Assembly (NCBI GenBank): GCA_052386995.1
Contig: JBQTJP010000018.1
Location: 1 to 11,250 of the forward strand
Direction: 5' to 3'
DNA length: 11,250 nt
Origin: Armatimonadota bacterium
Lineage (GTDB): Bacteria; Sysuimicrobiota; Sysuimicrobiia; Sysuimicrobiales; Humicultoraceae
The translations under genes and the position numbers were made by a program. Within the stretch, counting starts at the first letter, position 1. Every line of letters starts with the position of its first letter. Of the stretch, positions 7,448 to 11,250 are shown one piece after another. The notes under the pieces are model-generated. The model saw only the letters and a program-made list of their open reading frames with translations. It ran no database searches and was not told where the DNA came from.

Positions 7448-7678
7448 GTGCGACTTATCCGCCAGATTACCACCGTAGGCAACAGCGTGGGGGTTACCCT
7501 CCCTCGCGAGCTCCTCGATGTCTACGGCCTCCAGAAGGGCGCCTTCGTGGAAGTGCGAGCACTCGGACTGGGGCTTCTGCTCCGCCCGTTGCGGTTAACG
7601 CCGACGCGCGCGCCGCTTGATACCACGATGCGGCGCCTAGACTCGCTACGGCGGCGTCGCGGAAGGCGCAGTCGCTAA
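7448..7678 (+). CDS. AbrB/MazE/SpoVT family DNA-binding domain protein (antitoxin-like)
   Basis: 76 aa; RQITTVGNSVGVTLPRELLDVYGLQKGAFVEV...GLLLRP matches the swapped-hairpin GNSxxxxLPxE..LxxGDxVxV signature. SD GAGGAG at 7431-7436; GTG start. Confidence 0.85.
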   Translation: MRLIRQITTVGNSVGVTLPRELLDVYGLQKGAFVEVRALGLGLLLRPLRLTPTRAPLDTTMRRLDSLRRRRGRRSR

Positions 7679-7685
7679 AGCCGCG

Positions 7686-8588
7686 CTAGGAAGAGTACCG
7701 GAGGCGCGGATCGAGGAAGTCTCTGAGCCCGTCCCCCAGCAAATTCAAGGCCAGCACGCTCAGGATAATGGCCGCGCCGGGGAACACGCTGATCCACGCC
7801 GCCTGACGTAGATAGACCTGGCCCGCGGCGATGATGCCGCCCCACGTGGGCACCTGCGGCGGGACGCCCACTCCGAGAAAGCTCAGCGCCGCCTCCCCCA
7901 ACATGGCGAAGGCGGCGATGAACGTCGCCTGTACGATCACGGGAGAAATGCTGTTCGCCAGGATGTGCCTGGCCAGGATTCGCGCGCTCGAGGCGCCCAG
8001 GGCGCGCGCCGCTTCCACGTACTCCTGATTGATGATCACAAGCACCGAGGCCCTGACGACCCGTGCCACCCGTGGTGTATAGACGAAACCCAGCGCGATC
8101 ACGACGTTACGAACGCTCGGCCCGAGGGTGGCCATGAGTGCAATCGCCAGCAGGATGTCGGGGAAGGCCATCACGCCGTCCATAATCCGCATCAGGATTC
8201 GGTCCGTCCGGGGGCTCGATCCGGTAATCAAGCCGATCACGATCCCCAGGCTGACCGCCACCACCGTCACCAGCACCCCTACCAGCAAGGAGAGCCGGGC
8301 CCCAAAAAGCACGCGGCTGAAGACGTCGCGCCCAAAATCGTCCGTGCCGAAGAGATGCGCCCGTCCGGGAGGCCGCAGACGCTCCGGGATGTTGAGCGCG
8401 AGCGGATCGTAGGGCGCCAGCCACCCGGCCGTGGCCGCGGCAGCAAGAATGAACAGTAGGATCGCGGCGCCCACAGCGATGATCCGCCTGCGCCGCACCA
8501 TGCGCACGAACAGCGCGGCCGTTCCCAACCGTCGTTCGGCCGGCACCCGTGCTTCCCACTCGATGCTGCGCTCGGCCATCGGGGTCAA
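7686..8588 (-). CDS. Peptide/nickel ABC transporter permease (DppC/OppC-like)
   Basis: Motifs APYDP, HLFGTDDFGRDVFSRVLFGARLSL, the EAA loop EYVEAARALGAS, HILANS and GDGLRDFLDPR. TTG start at 8588 overlaps the upstream stop; alternative ATG at 8579. Confidence 0.95.
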   Translation of the reverse strand: MTPMAERSIEWEARVPAERRLGTAALFVRMVRRRRIIAVGAAILLFILAAAATAGWLAPYDPLALNIPERLRPPGRAHLFGTDDFGRDVFSRVLFGARLSLLVGVLVTVVAVSLGIVIGLITGSSPRTDRILMRIMDGVMAFPDILLAIALMATLGPSVRNVVIALGFVYTPRVARVVRASVLVIINQEYVEAARALGASSARILARHILANSISPVIVQATFIAAFAMLGEAALSFLGVGVPPQVPTWGGIIAAGQVYLRQAAWISVFPGAAIILSVLALNLLGDGLRDFLDPRLRYSS

Positions 8589-9526
8589 TACTTCACGCGC
8601 GGGTCGACAAGAAAGTATAGGAGGTCGACGAACAGATTGATCATGACGTAGCTGGTGGCCACAACCAGGGTCACGCCCTGGATCACCGGGTAGTCGCGCC
8701 TGAGCACCGACTGCACCACCATCAGGCCGATGCCGGGGATGGCGAACACCGTCTCCGTCACCACCGCCCCGCCCATGAGGGCAGCGAACGTGAGTCCGAC
8801 CACGGTGAGGATGGGCACCAGAGCATTGCGAAACGCGTGCCGGAAGATGACCAGCCGTTCGCCGAGACCCTTTGCGCGCGCCGTGCGGACATAGTCGGTG
8901 GCGATGACGTCCAGGAGGCTGCTCCGCACAAATCGGATGATAAGCGCCGAGTTAGGCACCCCGAGCGTCAACGCAGGAAGTGTCAGATAGCTCAGGCTCC
9001 GCCAGAGGTCCTCGGTCGGCGAACGAAATCCGGACGAGGGGAACCAGCCGAGGTTCACGGCAAAGACAACGATGAGAGACAGGCCCAACCAGAAGGTCGG
9101 CACGGCGGCGCCGAGCATAGCCAGGGCCAGGCCGGCCTGATCCCACCACGAGTTGCGATACACAGCCGAGACCACGCCCAGAGGGATACCGATGCACAGG
9201 GCGACGCCGATCGCCATCGCAGACAGCATCAGCGTGGGCCCGACGTGCTGTCCGATCATGCGTGTCACCGGAAGCCGGTTGAAGAGCGACCGGCCCAGAT
9301 CACCGCGAACGGCGCGCCCGATCCATGAAGCGAACTGCGCCGGTAGCGGCCCCTCCAGACCCATGTCGCGCCTGAGCAACCGAAGCTGTTCGGGCGTGGC
9401 GTCTTCACCCGCCAGGACCCTGGCAGGATCTCCGGGAGTGTGGCGCACCAGGAGAAAGACGACGACCGCGACGACGAGGAGGACGGGGATCAGCGAGAGG
9501 AGCCGTCCGGTGAGGTACGAGAGCAC
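8585..9526 (-). CDS. Peptide/nickel ABC transporter permease (DppB/OppB-like)
   Basis: Motifs PGDPA, GDLGRS, PTFWLG, DYVRTARAKGL, HAFRNA, ETVFAIPGIG, RDYPVIQG and DPRVKY. GTG start with a GAGG SD 8 nt upstream. Confidence 0.95.
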   Translation of the reverse strand: MLSYLTGRLLSLIPVLLVVAVVVFLLVRHTPGDPARVLAGEDATPEQLRLLRRDMGLEGPLPAQFASWIGRAVRGDLGRSLFNRLPVTRMIGQHVGPTLMLSAMAIGVALCIGIPLGVVSAVYRNSWWDQAGLALAMLGAAVPTFWLGLSLIVVFAVNLGWFPSSGFRSPTEDLWRSLSYLTLPALTLGVPNSALIIRFVRSSLLDVIATDYVRTARAKGLGERLVIFRHAFRNALVPILTVVGLTFAALMGGAVVTETVFAIPGIGLMVVQSVLRRDYPVIQGVTLVVATSYVMINLFVDLLYFLVDPRVKY

Positions 9527-9565
9527 AGTGGTGGCCTCAATGGGAGGAACGTCAGACTAGATGAT

Positions 9566-9594
9566 GGAGGGGGCAGCGATGCGCTACCCCCTCC
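9566..9594 (-). other. Strong intercistronic RNA stem-loop between the ABC binding-protein gene and the first permease
   Basis: Minus-strand GGAGGGGGUAGCG-CAU-CGCUGCCCCCUCC forms a 13-bp stem. The one imperfect pair is U-G on the transcribed strand but C/A on the + strand. No U-tract. Confidence 0.7.
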
Positions 9595-9620
9595 GACTCT
9601 CCTTGCACCTTGCCGGGCGG

Positions 9621-11183
9621 CTACTTCACCGCCTGGACATTCCAGAAGATTGGGGCAAGGGGCACGTACTTATAGGTCGTTAGCTCCCGGGATCGAAGCT
9701 GCAGGCCGAAGAACTCTCCTGCCTTCACCCAGCCGCCCTCCGTGAACACCAGCTCGTGCAGCCTCTGCCAGAGCCGCTGCCGTGCCTCCAGATCGGTGGC
9801 GCGGTTAAACTGCGCGAAGAGCTCTCTCTTCCTCGGGGTATCCCACCAGCCCGGGTACGTGGGGCTGAACACGTCGATCAACGACGGATCCGGGACGAAT
9901 CCATGTCCCGTCGTGAAGATCTCCCATTCCGCGGGCTTCGCGCGCCGCTCGATCACGCCGGCCCATTCGTAGAGCTGCATGTCCATCTTGAAGCCAGCCT
10001 TCTGGAGCTGGTCCACGGCCACGGTGCTCGACTTGAACATGTAGTCGAATTGCTGGGTGGTGATCCAGCGGATCGTTTCACCCTTGTAGCCGGCTTCTGC
10101 CATGAGCTGCTTGGCCCGTTCAGGATTCTTCTGGTTGTACCACTGCTTCCCACCCTCCGAGTACCACGGCGTTTCCTTGGGATAGAGGCTGGGCGCGAGC
10201 GCGTACAGGTCCGGACTGCCGATGGTGGCCTGCAGAATCGGACCCATGTCTAAGGCCGCCAGCACCGCCTGCCGGAGCTTCACATTCGCCATCAGGCCGC
10301 TCTGCTTGTTGAAGAAGAACACGAGCCAGGTCCCCCGCGAGGCGATCTCTGGGACGACGCGGGGATCATTCTTCAGTTGCGCGTATGCATCGTGCTGTAT
10401 TGCATCCGCCAGATCGAACTCCCCACTCTGGACGCCCGCGATGCGCGTGGCCACGGCGCCGACCGGGTAGAAGATGAGCTCATCCGCCAGCGCTTCGCGC
10501 TTGCCAGTATACAGGTTCGGCGCCTCGGAGCGCGGTGCGTACCCGATGAAGCGGGTCAGCCGTATGTGACGGTTCGGAAGCCATTCGGAAAACCGGTAGG
10601 GACCGGTGCCGATGAAATCCCTCGCCGGTCCGGCCGGCGCCGCGTCGGCAACGTCTTTGGGCATGATGACCGCGGCCGAGCTGGGCAGGGCGAGGAAGGC
10701 AAGGAGCGGCGCGAACGGCTCCTTGAGCCTGATGACGACGGTGTACTTATCCGGGGCCGTCACTGTGTCAACCGCCCTGAAAGTCGTGACGCCCCGCGAC
10801 CCAACCTTGCCCCAGTGGTTGAGCGACGCGACCACGTCTTCCGAGGTCATCTCTTTACCACTGTGGAACGGCACGGCCCGGCGGAGGCGAATGGTGTAGG
10901 TCATCCCATCACCGCTAGTCGTGTACGACTCCGCCAGGTGGGGCTGGGGCCGCCAGTTGGCATCGAAAGCGAACAAGGTCTCGTAGAGAGCATTGCCGAT
11001 GATCGACGTGACCCCGACGGTGGTCGCCGACATATCCAGAGTCGGCGGTTCACCGATATTGGCAATCCGCAGGGCGCCGCCGCGCCGGCCCGCGGGCCCC
11101 GCGGGCGACTGGCCGACAAACCCAAATGCAATGACCGCGACGACGAGGCAAACGATCCACGCCTGCACGCGCGTCCTCGACAT
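9621..11183 (-). CDS. ABC transporter substrate-binding protein, family 5 (DppA/OppA/NikA-like)
   Basis: 520 aa with a signal peptide; motifs GGALRIA, EPPTLD, YETLF, PQPHLAES, SGDGMTYTIRLR, FHSG, SEDVVASL, IGTGPYRF, LRQAV and AKQLMAEAGY. G-rich SD 6 nt upstream of the ATG. Confidence 0.95.
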   Translation of the reverse strand: MSRTRVQAWIVCLVVAVIAFGFVGQSPAGPAGRRGGALRIANIGEPPTLDMSATTVGVTSIIGNALYETLFAFDANWRPQPHLAESYTTSGDGMTYTIRLRRAVPFHSGKEMTSEDVVASLNHWGKVGSRGVTTFRAVDTVTAPDKYTVVIRLKEPFAPLLAFLALPSSAAVIMPKDVADAAPAGPARDFIGTGPYRFSEWLPNRHIRLTRFIGYAPRSEAPNLYTGKREALADELIFYPVGAVATRIAGVQSGEFDLADAIQHDAYAQLKNDPRVVPEIASRGTWLVFFFNKQSGLMANVKLRQAVLAALDMGPILQATIGSPDLYALAPSLYPKETPWYSEGGKQWYNQKNPERAKQLMAEAGYKGETIRWITTQQFDYMFKSSTVAVDQLQKAGFKMDMQLYEWAGVIERRAKPAEWEIFTTGHGFVPDPSLIDVFSPTYPGWWDTPRKRELFAQFNRATDLEARQRLWQRLHELVFTEGGWVKAGEFFGLQLRSRELTTYKYVPLAPIFWNVQAVK

Positions 11184-11250
11184 GTTGATCCCCCCAAAGG
11201 TTGGATCTATGACGCTACTCGCAACACTGGATTTGCTGCTCCTTCCGTAC

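Noticed and set aside
7429..7620. 63-aa overlapping ORF as a hidden toxin
   Set aside because: Off-frame to the AbrB-like gene, no SD, and no hydrophobic or toxin-like features.
11184..11250. Possible 3' end of an upstream minus-strand gene
   Set aside because: Only 11-13 codons in two candidate frames; cannot be assigned.
1..11250. CRISPR arrays, tRNA/rRNA, IS elements, integrases, defence genes
   Set aside because: No repeat-spacer periodicity, RNA-gene signatures, transposase motifs or terminal repeats seen, and the intergenic spaces are too short.

Overview
High-GC bacterial chromosomal segment, about 95% coding. The + strand carries a tightly packed run: the 3' end of a nitronate-monooxygenase-like flavoprotein, then a TAXI-type TRAP transporter (solute-binding protein, DUF1850-like protein, fused permease), a DUF1844-like protein, a DUF309-like protein with a long N-terminal extension, an M20 metallopeptidase, an MBL-fold hydrolase and an internally deleted, frameshifted M19 membrane-dipeptidase remnant. 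A small AbrB/MazE-like gene follows, with its own extended -10 promoter inside a palindromic operator-like site and no adjacent toxin. Converging on it from the - strand is a Dpp/Opp/Nik-type ABC set (binding protein plus two permeases; no ATPase in the window). I saw no RNA genes, CRISPR arrays or mobile elements. I found no convincing new system. The most notable items are the orphan AbrB-type gene with its operator, the dipeptidase deletion scar, and a possible non-canonical start codon for the DUF1850 gene. All family calls come from motif recognition by eye, not database searches.
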